This document shows, piece after piece, positions 8,769-18,532 of a DNA stretch of 64,000 nt (position 1 is the stretch's first letter; each line of letters opens with the position of its first letter). Made by a program: the position numbers and the translations under genes. Source of the DNA: Escherichia coli (GTDB taxonomy: Bacteria; Pseudomonadota; Gammaproteobacteria; Enterobacterales; Enterobacteriaceae); the NCBI RefSeq assembly GCF_001677475.2, contig NZ_CP015229.1. One strand, 5' to 3'. Under the pieces are notes generated by a model. That model was not told the DNA's origin. It saw only the letters and a program-made list of their open reading frames with translations, and searched no databases.

Positions 8769-11605
8769 GTGAGTTTGCATGGAGCTGGAATGAACCACGG
8801 CCAGCCATTGATCCGGCCAGATTTACGGAGCGCAGGCAGGAAACTGAAACCGACCTGCAACGCGCCATCCGTTACTACCTTGAGGCAGACAAAAGGGCAC
8901 AGGAAGAACAGGAAGCGAAGGAAGAAGCCTTTTTCGCACAATCCACCGTGGGTAAAAAACTCATGGCATCCCTTGAGGAAGCCGGACAGCGTGAAAAGCT
9001 GGCACAGAGCATCATCAGTAAGCGCCGGGCAACAGAACAAGACACGGTAGCCCGTGCCTTTGCCACACTAAAGGCACTACCTGTTTATCTGCGTGAACCA
9101 CTGAGCCGCCACCTCTCTTTCCTGCGCAAAAAACAGGAAGCCGATCGCCGGAAAGGCAAAAAGAGCTGGCAGGCGGAACGCTATGCACGCGGAACCCTGC
9201 GCAAAATATTCGAACGTCTGGACCGCACCGACAGCCGCTGGCTGACACCGGGTTATCGCGCCCTTGCCGGACGCGAACGCCTGGACGATTTGCTTTACCT
9301 GCCGCAGCTCAACAAACACCAGATACAGACGCTGGCCACCATGACAGCGGCGATGTTCAGCAGCACCTTCGAAAAACTCTGCGATGGCTTTGGCGCGACT
9401 GATGGCGAGCTGACCATGGATGTAACGCTGAAGGCGTATCAGATGCTGGCCCGCATGGCGTTACACCTGCACGCCATGCCTCCGCATTATGACGTACTGA
9501 CAACAGACAAAGACCGGAGGAACGAACCAGACACAGAACTGCTGCCGGGCGCAATCCTTCGCCTGACCTGTGCGGAATGGTGGAAACGCAAACTGTGGCT
9601 GTTACGTTGCGAGTGGCGGGAAGAACAACTCCGAGCCGCCTGTCTGGTTTCCAGAAAAACATCGCCCTATCTGAGCCAGGACGCGTTAAGCGAGTTTCGC
9701 GCACAGCGCGAGAAAACACGCGATTTCCTGAAAAGTTTCATGCTGGAAAATGAAGACGGGTTCACGATTGATCTCGAGACGGTGTATTACGCGGGAGTAA
9801 GTAACCCGGTTCACCGTAAGGCAGAAATGATGGCCACCATGAAGGGACTGGAACTTCTGGCCGAAGCCCGTGGCGACAGAGCGGTGTTTCTGACCGTCAC
9901 CTGCCCGTCAAAATACCACGCAACAACGGAGAACGGTCATCCGAACCCCAAATGGAACGGGGCCACCATGCGCGACTCCAGCGATTACCTGGTTAACACG
10001 TTTTTTGCGGCGGTCCGCAAAAAACTGAACCGCGACGGCCTGCGCTGGTATGGCATCCGCACGGTGGAGCCTCACCATGACGGCACTGTGCACTGGCATA
10101 TGATGGTCTTTGCACATCCGGACGAGATTGAAACCATCGTGTCCCACGTCTGCGATATTGCCATTCAGGAGGACCGCCACGAGCTGGGCGATGACATAAC
10201 TCCGCGTTTTAAGGCGGAGTATGTCGACGGCTCAAAAGGCACACCAACCAGCTACATCGCCACCTACATCGGAAAGAACTTGGACAGCCGCGCCGTGGAT
10301 GGCATCGACCCGAAAACGGGCAAGCCACGCGTTGACCACGAAACCGGAAAATCAATGGCCGAGAGCGTGGAGCGCGCCATCGGCTGGGCGCGCCTTCACC
10401 GGGTCCGTCAGTTCCAGTTCTTTGGCATCCCCTCCCGTCAGGTGTGGCGTGAACTGCGCCGCCTTGCCAGCCAGATGGCACGCAATCCGGAAGGCCCGCA
10501 ACGGCTGAAAGATGATGCAATGGATGCGGTACTCGCTGCCGCCGATGCCGGGTGTTTTGCCACCTACATTGAAAAACAGGGTGGCGTGCTTGTTCCACGC
10601 AAGGACTACCTGATTCGCACCGCCTACGACCTCGCAGATGAGCTGAACGATTACGGCGAACAGAGCGTACAGATTTACGGGATCTGGTCACCACTCATCG
10701 GGGAATCCTCCCGTGTGTGCACGCATCCGGATAACTGGAAGTTGGTAAGACGTAAACCAGAACCGGAAGACAACGCCCACGAAAATGGTTTTGACCTTCA
10801 GGGCGGCCCTGCCGCCCCTTGGACTCGTGGCAATAACTGTCCCCGTGTACAGGAAACGGACAATAACGGGACAGAACTGCCGGAAGAACGGCCAGCACCG
10901 TGGCCGCAGCTCCCTGACGGCGTTGAAGTGAACGAATGGATGCGCTCACTGAAACAGCACGAACGCCGGGCGCTGATGCGTTCGCTTCGTGACAAACAGG
11001 CAAAAAACAGCAGTGATGAAATGCAGAGCTGGACACAGAGCCGCAAACAGCAGCGGCCTTTGCCTGATAACCACGAATTACTCGCTAAAGAATGGCGGGA
11101 GTCTGCTGAATCTCTCGGCCTGCATATCGGTGAACAACAGATGCAGCACCTGTTACGGGGCGGCAGCCTGTACGTTGACGGCAGCATCATTGCACCGCAG
11201 GGATTTGAAATTGTACGCAAACCGGATACCCGCCCGGACAGCCGAATCACGCAGCTCTGGCAGCGCCTGAGCCGTAATCATGGCGTAAGCAGCACGGAGA
11301 TCCGCCATAACCCGGTCGCCAGCTATCTGGCACAGCTGGGGGCATCAGACCCTGAAGTCGCCGCACGCCTGGCATCCACACTTCAGCAGGACCAGAACAC
11401 CATGAAAACACCCGTTACCGTGCTTTCTGACATGCTGCGCGCCATCCGCGACGCAGAGCACGCACAGAGAATCAGTGAAACCACTGAACGCGCCCGCCGC
11501 AAAGCAGACCTGCTGCGGGGTGGCCTGACCAGTGGAAACAAAAAACAGACAGAAACGGGACTCATGAATCCCGTAAATGAGCAAAAAACGCGCAGCGATA
11601 TATGA
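8765..11605 (+). CDS. A: replication initiation endonuclease, P2 gpA-like (rolling-circle HUH nickase) with long C-terminal extension
   Basis: HUH-type motif in GTVHWHMMVFAHPD; position after early genes; 946 aa from ATG 8765. Confidence 0.85.
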   Translation: MSEFAWSWNEPRPAIDPARFTERRQETETDLQRAIRYYLEADKRAQEEQEAKEEAFFAQSTVGKKLMASLEEAGQREKLAQSIISKRRATEQDTVARAFATLKALPVYLREPLSRHLSFLRKKQEADRRKGKKSWQAERYARGTLRKIFERLDRTDSRWLTPGYRALAGRERLDDLLYLPQLNKHQIQTLATMTAAMFSSTFEKLCDGFGATDGELTMDVTLKAYQMLARMALHLHAMPPHYDVLTTDKDRRNEPDTELLPGAILRLTCAEWWKRKLWLLRCEWREEQLRAACLVSRKTSPYLSQDALSEFRAQREKTRDFLKSFMLENEDGFTIDLETVYYAGVSNPVHRKAEMMATMKGLELLAEARGDRAVFLTVTCPSKYHATTENGHPNPKWNGATMRDSSDYLVNTFFAAVRKKLNRDGLRWYGIRTVEPHHDGTVHWHMMVFAHPDEIETIVSHVCDIAIQEDRHELGDDITPRFKAEYVDGSKGTPTSYIATYIGKNLDSRAVDGIDPKTGKPRVDHETGKSMAESVERAIGWARLHRVRQFQFFGIPSRQVWRELRRLASQMARNPEGPQRLKDDAMDAVLAAADAGCFATYIEKQGGVLVPRKDYLIRTAYDLADELNDYGEQSVQIYGIWSPLIGESSRVCTHPDNWKLVRRKPEPEDNAHENGFDLQGGPAAPWTRGNNCPRVQETDNNGTELPEERPAPWPQLPDGVEVNEWMRSLKQHERRALMRSLRDKQAKNSSDEMQSWTQSRKQQRPLPDNHELLAKEWRESAESLGLHIGEQQMQHLLRGGSLYVDGSIIAPQGFEIVRKPDTRPDSRITQLWQRLSRNHGVSSTEIRHNPVASYLAQLGASDPEVAARLASTLQQDQNTMKTPVTVLSDMLRAIRDAEHAQRISETTERARRKADLLRGGLTSGNKKQTETGLMNPVNEQKTRSDI

Positions 11606-11653
11606 AGCGCGCACAAAACAGGCAAAAACGGGATTTTAGAATCCCGTAAACGA
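11540..11653. repeat. two ~35-bp imperfect direct repeats, each containing the palindrome acggga-N4-6-tcccgt; candidate parC-like centromere/operator
   Basis: Repeat 1 at 11553-11580 (inside the A 3' end), repeat 2 at 11626-11653 (just upstream of parM). Confidence 0.5.
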
Positions 11654-11681
11654 TTAATTAATCAACATAAGGAAAAGCGAC

Positions 11682-12641
11682 ATGAAAATTTGTATCGACG
11701 ACGGCTCCACCAACATCAAGCTGGCATGGACTGAGAACGGCGAACGCCGCAACGCCATCAGCCCGAACAGCTTCAAGTCGGAATGGTCTGCGCCGTTCGG
11801 TGGCACGCAGCCCGCGAACTACATGCTTGATGGCGTGCGCTATGGTTTTGATCCGGTCAGCGATCGCTTTGTCCAGACGACCGACACGCAATACCAGTAC
11901 AGCGATGTGAATGTCATTGCCATTCATCACGCGCTGGTCAAATCAGGCATCACGCCACAGGAGGTGGATGTGGTTGTCACCCTGCCACTGAGCGAGTATT
12001 TCGACACAAACGCACAGCCGGACATGGCCAACATCAACCGCAAAAAAGCGAACGTTATGCGCCCGGTGGAGTACCAGAACGGCGAAGCATTCACTATCCG
12101 TAACGTGCGGGTTATGCCTGAATCCATTCCGGCTGGCTTTAAGGCACTGGCTGACATGAGTCCGTTTGAATCCCTGCTGATTGTAGATTTGGGCGGAACC
12201 ACGCTGGATGTGGCAAAGGTTCAGGGGCAACTGGCAGGTATCAGCCAGGTGTTTTGCGATCCACACGTAGGCGTTTCTCTGATGGCCGATGCCGTACTGT
12301 CGGTGATGGCCACTAACGGTATGCGCACCAGTCACCACATCGCCAATACCATTATCGAACATCGCCATAATGAAGCCTGGCTGCGCCAGCACATCCACAA
12401 TGACGCGCATTACGCCAGCCTGATGGAGGTTATTCGTGAAAAGGAAGAAACACTGAAACAACGCGTGATCCGCGCGCTGGCGGGTTTTTCGGGTTACGGG
12501 CGGGTGATGGTTGTCGGTGGAGGGGCGGAGATTGTGGCACCCGCTATCCGCGAAGCCTGCGGAGTTCATGCGACTTTCATCGCGGACGGGGTGCCACAGT
12601 TTGCTCTGGTTAATGGGCTGTACGCAATGGACAAGGAGTAA
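11682..12641 (+). CDS. parM: actin-like segregation ATPase, ParM/StbA family
   Basis: 319 aa; motifs IDDGSTNIKL, ISPNSFK, VMPESIPAG, DLGGTTLD, GGGAE, VNGLY parallel plasmid R1 ParM as recalled. Confidence 0.8.
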   Translation: MKICIDDGSTNIKLAWTENGERRNAISPNSFKSEWSAPFGGTQPANYMLDGVRYGFDPVSDRFVQTTDTQYQYSDVNVIAIHHALVKSGITPQEVDVVVTLPLSEYFDTNAQPDMANINRKKANVMRPVEYQNGEAFTIRNVRVMPESIPAGFKALADMSPFESLLIVDLGGTTLDVAKVQGQLAGISQVFCDPHVGVSLMADAVLSVMATNGMRTSHHIANTIIEHRHNEAWLRQHIHNDAHYASLMEVIREKEETLKQRVIRALAGFSGYGRVMVVGGGAEIVAPAIREACGVHATFIADGVPQFALVNGLYAMDKE

Positions 12642-12645
12642 ACCA

Positions 12646-12957
12646 ATGACGACACCAACCAGACGGATAAGTTTCTATCTGAAGCCTGCGGCCGTCAAGA
12701 ACGAAAGCGAAGCATGCGCCTGGCTGGACAGCCTTACACCAGAAGCCCGCAAAAGCGGCCAACGCGTGGCTTTTCTGGCCGGGCTGGCACTTCTGAAAAT
12801 GAATCCGGCAGAGGCTTACCGACTGGCTGCATGGGCTGACGATGAGGCGTTATCAGTGACACAAACCAGGACAGAATGCCCCGCGTCACAGCCAGTATCA
12901 ACCGCACAGATAACCAGTCAGATGGCCGGAAATATCCGGGCGTTATTTCCCGAATAA
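12646..12957 (+). CDS. parR: ParR/StbB-like partition adaptor (DNA-binding)
   Basis: 103 aa directly after parM; RRISFYLKP...LDSLTPEARKS...AFLAGLALL and C-terminal NIRALFPE resemble R1 ParR as recalled. Confidence 0.65.
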   Translation: MTTPTRRISFYLKPAAVKNESEACAWLDSLTPEARKSGQRVAFLAGLALLKMNPAEAYRLAAWADDEALSVTQTRTECPASQPVSTAQITSQMAGNIRALFPE

Positions 12958-12962
12958 CACAA

Positions 12963-12986
12963 CATCAGGGCGCATCCGCCCTGATG
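12963..12986 (+). terminator. hairpin after parR (catcagggcg-catc-cgccctgatg)
   Basis: 10-bp perfect stem; weak T tract, so terminator function is uncertain. Confidence 0.35.
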
Positions 12987-13020
12987 ACTTTAATCCGGGA
13001 ACATAAACAAGGGGGACACA

Positions 13021-13356
13021 ATGCAACACATTGACAGAGAAAAAGCGCAGCGACTGATTGAGCGAATGGAAGCGCTGGCGAAAGAAGAAAATGTCAACAT
13101 CCAAAAAATAGCTGAATGTGGCCAGATAGTTCTTCGTCGTGAAAAAGACATCAAGCAACTGATGTCTGGCGAAATCAGCAAAACATGGACTTCAGGCAAG
13201 AAGACGATTTATTGCAGCTTCTGCAATAAATCCCAGCACGAAGTCATAAAGGTGATTGCCGGACCGTCTGTTTACATCTGCAATGAGTGCGTGGATTTGT
13301 GCAATGAAATTATCAGAAGAGAAGTGACAGACCATGAAGAAAAAACGCATGAATGA
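13021..13356 (+). CDS. stand-alone ClpX zinc-binding-domain (ZBD) homologue with unique N-terminal region
   Basis: 111 aa; segment [39 protein letters not shown] closely matches the E. coli ClpX N-terminal C4 zinc-finger as recalled; no AAA+ module follows. Confidence 0.75.
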   Translation: MQHIDREKAQRLIERMEALAKEENVNIQKIAECGQIVLRREKDIKQLMSGEISKTWTSGKKTIYCSFCNKSQHEVIKVIAGPSVYICNECVDLCNEIIRREVTDHEEKTHE

Positions 13357-13418
13357 CGAATTTGACGGCTTTTAATTTTATCGGGGCACACTGTCTCCCC
13401 CCGCACGAGGAAAACACG

Positions 13419-13943
13419 ATGAAAAAATACGAATACATGCTAATGAAAGAAGCACTGCGGGCTGGTCTGGCTCCCTGTCCTGTATCCGTAGAAGCTGTTG
13501 TTGGGAACACGATTTTCCGAACGCTGCGAAATCGCGTATCCGTGAAGATGATTCACCAACCACCCAAATCTACCAGCATGATCTATCTGCCGCTGCCCGA
13601 GGCTATCAAACTTATGCGTTCGCTGAAATTTGCGATTTGGATGCAGACACAACTCAACAAAGCGGTGCAAAACACCTTCGTTAAGAAACTGATGCCGGAG
13701 CTTGCTGCCAGATGTGCAAAATGTACCAGACCCGCACTTCAATTTGATCTGTCATTGATTCAACAAGCTACGGAGGCAGAACTGTACCGCCTGTCACCTC
13801 TCCATGATGTTCACACGGAAGCCTCAGAAATGTTCCGGCTCATGTTTCAATTTAATTTTGCCGTTCGACGCACACGCGTTCAGGTCAATCGCATGATGCA
13901 GGCGCAGGAAGAGCTGACGCAACACAAAGGAGGCAACCAGTGA
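13419..13943 (+). CDS. hypothetical protein (cargo, gene A-proximal hotspot)
   Basis: 174-aa ORF from ATG 13419 with RBS; stop overlaps next start. Confidence 0.55.
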   Translation: MKKYEYMLMKEALRAGLAPCPVSVEAVVGNTIFRTLRNRVSVKMIHQPPKSTSMIYLPLPEAIKLMRSLKFAIWMQTQLNKAVQNTFVKKLMPELAARCAKCTRPALQFDLSLIQQATEAELYRLSPLHDVHTEASEMFRLMFQFNFAVRRTRVQVNRMMQAQEELTQHKGGNQ

Positions 13944-14464
13944 GCAAGATTGACTATCAGGCATTACGCGAACGCTATTCACCTGCGCCAGTACCGAAAT
14001 GCCCTATTTGCGGCGAGGAAATGTCAATTCAGCGAATATCTGGAGCACAGGTTGTTTATGCCTGCTCCGGTTATGGTGATGATGGAGATTTCAAAATTGG
14101 TCGAACTCTTGCCGACGAACATTATGAAAAATCGCGCGTAACAGTGTTGGATGTCGGGGATCCTGAAGTATTGGCGCTACTTGATTGGCTGGAAACTAAA
14201 GACAACCGAATCGCTGAACTGGAAAAAATCGCCACTGACTATGCACTTAAATTCCAGAAAGCACAGGACGCATTAAAGCATGCCGCTTTGCTGCATAGCC
14301 GGACGGCGCAACAAACAAATAATTTTGCAGTATCGCTTCCGGACATAAGCGAATATTTCATTAATGACGTATTTCAGCCCTTGCGATACGAGCGGGATGT
14401 TGAAAGAGCCATCATAAAGGCTGGCGGAAAAGCATTGTGGCAGGAGAAACACGACGACAGATAA
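13940..14464 (+). CDS. hypothetical protein with N-terminal CxxC...C zinc-ribbon-like motif
   Basis: 174-aa ORF ATGA-coupled to previous gene; CPICGEEM...YACSGYG. Confidence 0.55.
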   Translation: MSKIDYQALRERYSPAPVPKCPICGEEMSIQRISGAQVVYACSGYGDDGDFKIGRTLADEHYEKSRVTVLDVGDPEVLALLDWLETKDNRIAELEKIATDYALKFQKAQDALKHAALLHSRTAQQTNNFAVSLPDISEYFINDVFQPLRYERDVERAIIKAGGKALWQEKHDDR

Positions 14465-15041
14465 AAATAACACCTGATCTCCCTCAAACCAGGGCGATAA
14501 TCGCGCATCGCCCTGCTGCACAATAGTGCACAAATTTGCACAATTTTTTTGAACGACTTTTTGCCCTTCCGGCCCGCGTGGCGGCTGGATCCGTCAAGGA
14601 TCCGTGCGTGCACAAAAAAACGCGTTTTTTCTGCGCGCAGGTGACGGGGGAACAGCCCGCGTTTCAGGGGGTAAATAGCGTTCCCTTAACGATGTCGCAG
14701 CGACACGACAGAATGGCCGTATCGCTCACGCTGAGCGTGAAAAATACGTGAGGGATTCTGATTTGATGGGGTGAAAGGTAAGGCCGTCAAAATCGCACTG
14801 AGGCGGCGAGAACATGCAGTCAGCGCGGTGGGATTGTGTAGAGTCTGGCCGTCGATGATAGCGATAAGTCGGAAGATGTCGTGAAATTATCTGATTGATA
14901 CGGGAGCTGGAGAGCCGGGGCATAAATTTTTTATGCCCCGGCGAAGCAGCAGACAAGCGAAGCGCGTCAGTGATGCGGCACCTTGCCGACCACACTTCAT
15001 AAGTGCAAAATACGAGCAAAGAAATCAATGGAGGCTGTTTT

Positions 15042-15566
15042 ATGGTCATTAATTACAAGCAGTTACGAGAAAAACGAGAGCAGGTAAAGGAAAGTTTTCG
15101 CCGCAATGAAGATCTGACCCCGCTTGTACACCTTGCCCAGGGAATTGTTGATGCTTATGAAATCTCTCTGGAGCTGCCATCACAGACATGGACGGATAGC
15201 GACGGTAATCGCCAGCATTACGTTTCATGCGGACTGGAAACAACTGAAGGGTTTCGCAGAATGCCTTTATCTCAGATTCCTGCCGCTACCCCCAAAGCAA
15301 GGGGCGGCAATGATGAGCGAAAACTGATTTTCAGCATTGAGACAGTGGTTGACGACACACCTGGCGAAGTCGCGTTCGTGCATACTCCTCTTTCGATCGC
15401 AATGTATAACGATGAAATACAGGTTCGCGTTAATAATAATATCGTGCCACTTAAAGAAGGTAATTCACCATACACCACCGTTTGTGAAGCCATTCAATAT
15501 TACGTTCTCTCTGAAATTGATAATCTCAAGCCTGACGGCACCCAGAAAATGGTTCAACTCTGGTAA
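15042..15566 (+). CDS. hypothetical protein between cos region and portal gene
   Basis: 174-aa ORF convergent with Q; the ORF-track alternative start is 15003. Confidence 0.5.
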   Translation: MVINYKQLREKREQVKESFRRNEDLTPLVHLAQGIVDAYEISLELPSQTWTDSDGNRQHYVSCGLETTEGFRRMPLSQIPAATPKARGGNDERKLIFSIETVVDDTPGEVAFVHTPLSIAMYNDEIQVRVNNNIVPLKEGNSPYTTVCEAIQYYVLSEIDNLKPDGTQKMVQLW

Positions 15567-15580
15567 AAAGGACAGCCCCA

Positions 15581-16627
15581 TCACGGGGCTGTTTTTTCAT
15601 CAAGAAGAGCATAAGAATTAAAACGGATCACCTCTTCGCCAAGCCAGTCATTGATATGCTTCATAGCCTCCATGACGGGCATCAGCTCGTTAATTGCGTA
15701 AACCCGCGCGGCCTTCTCCACATCACCAAACGCACTTTTTTCACCCGGCATCGCCCCCATCAGTTGCGGCGGAACGCGGTGCGCAGCCAGCACATCATCA
15801 CGGGATGCCGCCTTAACATTCATGAACTCATCCTTTGCGGTGATCTGCTGGAACGGCAAAATTTGCACCCCCTCTTTGCCCCCGTTGGGCGCATGAATGA
15901 GCACGTTTTTAAACGCACCACCACCACGCGCACCCTGTAGCGTTTCTTTCAGGGAGTCCATGCTTTCGCGGTTTACCTGCGCTGCACCGATGTAGATGAT
16001 GCACCCGGCGTGGGATCCGTTGTCGTAATACAGTTTTCTGAACATGTCCGCCGAATGAGACAGGCTGGCCGAGAGTAATGCGCCGAGATATTCCGGCATG
16101 CCGTAGATTTCCTGGTTAATGTCAGGATTCATCAGGTGGCACACTTTGCTTGGGCGAAACTGAAACGCGTCCTTGCCATCCTGCACATACCACCATGATT
16201 CAAGATCGCTTCCGCGTCGCATGTATTTCGCCAGGGCGTGCCGTAATTTAAGCGGTTCGCCGAGCATATTGCTTCGAAGCTCAAGGAATGCGTTACCGAA
16301 CACAAACCAGTCCAGCGCCAGCGCCGAGAAATCCTGCCGGGAAAGCAGCGGGTGCGGGATGTAGCAACCGAGTAATACATTGCGCTTAAAGTAAAGCGCA
16401 GACTGATGCCAGGACGTTTGCCGGGCAGCTCTTGCCAGACCGTACCAGTCCACCGGGGTTTCATACCACCGCCCGTTATCAGCACAGTACATATTGTCCA
16501 GCAGGTCATGCCCGGTCAGGCGATAAGGACCATCAAATGTGAATGCACTGAGCGATGATTCTTTCCTGAGCGCATCAGCGAGATCAATGCGTGAACTCAT
16601 GCGCACTTTTTTATTTTTTCTGCTCAT
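15581..16627 (-). CDS. Q: portal protein, P2 gpQ-like
   Basis: 348 aa; position and orientation as P2 Q, overlapping P. Confidence 0.85.
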   Translation of the reverse strand: MSRKNKKVRMSSRIDLADALRKESSLSAFTFDGPYRLTGHDLLDNMYCADNGRWYETPVDWYGLARAARQTSWHQSALYFKRNVLLGCYIPHPLLSRQDFSALALDWFVFGNAFLELRSNMLGEPLKLRHALAKYMRRGSDLESWWYVQDGKDAFQFRPSKVCHLMNPDINQEIYGMPEYLGALLSASLSHSADMFRKLYYDNGSHAGCIIYIGAAQVNRESMDSLKETLQGARGGGAFKNVLIHAPNGGKEGVQILPFQQITAKDEFMNVKAASRDDVLAAHRVPPQLMGAMPGEKSAFGDVEKAARVYAINELMPVMEAMKHINDWLGEEVIRFNSYALLDEKTAP

Positions 16628-18378
16628 CAGAACTCCATAACCGTGAAACGCTCGTTTTCTCCTTCGCCGCCAATCGGTTCGTTAATGACAGCAAGCATGG
16701 TTGCCCACGCAAGGTCGCCGTGGCTGATCCCCCTCGCGCGGTCCGTTTCGTAAGTGATAAAGCCGCCCGGTGTTTTCACCTTACGCACGGCGTTAAAGGC
16801 CGCGACCAGCTCGCGTTCGGCGCGATCGTATTCCCAGCGCCCGGCACGCATTATTTGCAGCATTTTCAGTACCAGCGACCGTTTTGATGACAGCGTGAAG
16901 GTGTACGGAATAGCAGCAGGGAAAAACCGTTTCACTATCTGATAAACAGCCTCCCCGTTCCCGCCCGTCACATCAATGCCGATGTGTTCCACGTTGTAGC
17001 GATACGTGAACTCTTCAATGACTCTGGCCTGTTCTTCAAACTCCAGCCCCTGAACGCGTCGCGTCTCCACCGTTCGAAAACGGCCACCAGGAACAGCCGG
17101 AGGAACCACCACGGACACAGCGCCGCTGTCGCCGTTGCCACTGCTGCCGTTTGCGTCATACCCAATCCATACCAGACGATTCCCCATCGGGCGGGGAGCA
17201 AAAGGTTTCCAGTCTTTCCAGTCGTCGTATCCGTCAACACCGCAGCCAATCAGGATATTCAGGTTAAATGCCGATTCCCCTTCGCGAACAAACTCACACA
17301 TATAGAGATTGAGGAACTCGTCTTCGGTGTTTTCATCACGGATTTCGTCAATATCGGTGTGTTTCCAGCCGTGATTAACCACATCTTCCAGCGTGACAAT
17401 TTGCCGCCACGTCCGGTCAGGGCAGATAAGCCCGTTATGCAGCGTTTTCCAGTCCACAGAAAAACGCTGGCGTTTATGCGAGGCCTTTTTCTCGTTCCAG
17501 CGGTCGCCGTTCCAGTAGGCGTATGCCTCGTGCGTTTCGGTGGATGGCGTGGAGAAGTAGGTGCGCCGCAGTCCGCTGAGGGTTGCCATAGCGCCAGCCA
17601 CCTTGCGCAGTTCAGCAAAGCGACTGACCCAGAAAAATTCATCAAAATAAAAATTGCCCGTATAGGACTGTGCCGACGCAGCAGAAGTGCCGAGAAAATG
17701 CAGCTCTGCGCCGTTGGAGAGGATGATTTTATCGCCCCCTTTCAGCTCCACATCAACTTCAGCCGCGGCCTTCTGAATAATGCTTTTAAACTGGAACGCC
17801 TGACGACGCGACGCAGACAAAAAAATCTGGTTACGCTGGTAAGGTTGCGCCACATCGTCACGCAGCGCCATCAGCAGCGCTTCCTGTGCAAAATACCAGG
17901 TTGCCCCAATCTGTCGGGATTTCAGGATCATCCTGTTACGTATCCCGGCTTCCCTGCAAAGGGTCAGGGAGTCAAACCAGCCCCGCTGATGCCACTCCAG
18001 CCTGCTGATGATTTTTTCCCGCAGTGCGGCAATCTGTTCCGGCGTGAAATGATTTTTGAGTTTTTTCGCCCGGCCTTTCTTTCCTGCGGCCATCACATCC
18101 GGCTGGCCATCATGCAGCTTTTTAAGCTGCCGGGTCAGCAGGTCTATTTCCTTAAAGTCACCGCCTGTTTTATTCTGTTTTTCAGTAAGCTGGATGAGGC
18201 GCGCATCGATGGACTGCGTGACACGCTGCACGGGTGGCGCTTCATCCCACTGGTCGCGTTTTTTCCACGCATAAATCGTGTTCGGGTTTATTCCCATCAG
18301 ACGTGATATTTCTGCGGGCGGATAACCCTGCCAGTAAAGTTGCCGCGCACGCTGGCGCACAAAAGCGTCCTGAATCAT
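16627..18378 (-). CDS. P: terminase large (ATPase) subunit, P2 gpP-like
   Basis: 583 aa; synteny with Q; divergent from O. Confidence 0.85.
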   Translation of the reverse strand: MIQDAFVRQRARQLYWQGYPPAEISRLMGINPNTIYAWKKRDQWDEAPPVQRVTQSIDARLIQLTEKQNKTGGDFKEIDLLTRQLKKLHDGQPDVMAAGKKGRAKKLKNHFTPEQIAALREKIISRLEWHQRGWFDSLTLCREAGIRNRMILKSRQIGATWYFAQEALLMALRDDVAQPYQRNQIFLSASRRQAFQFKSIIQKAAAEVDVELKGGDKIILSNGAELHFLGTSAASAQSYTGNFYFDEFFWVSRFAELRKVAGAMATLSGLRRTYFSTPSTETHEAYAYWNGDRWNEKKASHKRQRFSVDWKTLHNGLICPDRTWRQIVTLEDVVNHGWKHTDIDEIRDENTEDEFLNLYMCEFVREGESAFNLNILIGCGVDGYDDWKDWKPFAPRPMGNRLVWIGYDANGSSGNGDSGAVSVVVPPAVPGGRFRTVETRRVQGLEFEEQARVIEEFTYRYNVEHIGIDVTGGNGEAVYQIVKRFFPAAIPYTFTLSSKRSLVLKMLQIMRAGRWEYDRAERELVAAFNAVRKVKTPGGFITYETDRARGISHGDLAWATMLAVINEPIGGEGENERFTVMEF

Positions 18379-18532
18379 TGCTCCCCCTGAGTAATTACAG
18401 GAAGATTACCCGCGCGCGAAACCGTTCTCCTTAACCCCCTGTTCTGGCCGTTTTCTTACAACAAAAGCCCTTTGTATCAGCCTGTTACGCTTTGCCATCA
18501 TGACTGAAGAACCAGTCAGAGGGGCAAAAACT

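Noticed and set aside
10209-11250. Several 100-160-aa minus-strand ORFs inside gene A
   Set aside because: Antisense to a well-supported long gene; Arg/Cys/Ser-rich low-complexity translations.
12511-12645. parR starting at 12511
   Set aside because: That start lies inside parM; ATG 12646 directly follows the parM stop and yields a ParR-sized protein.
11682-12957. Window being a phage-plasmid or plasmid contig because of parMR
   Set aside because: The element is flanked by chromosomal genes (btuC, ihfA) and an att duplication, so it is integrated; parMR is carried as prophage cargo.
16984-18306. 440-aa plus-strand ORF
   Set aside because: Lies entirely antisense to the terminase large-subunit gene P; low-complexity, Arg-rich translation; typical spurious antisense ORF in GC-rich coding DNA.
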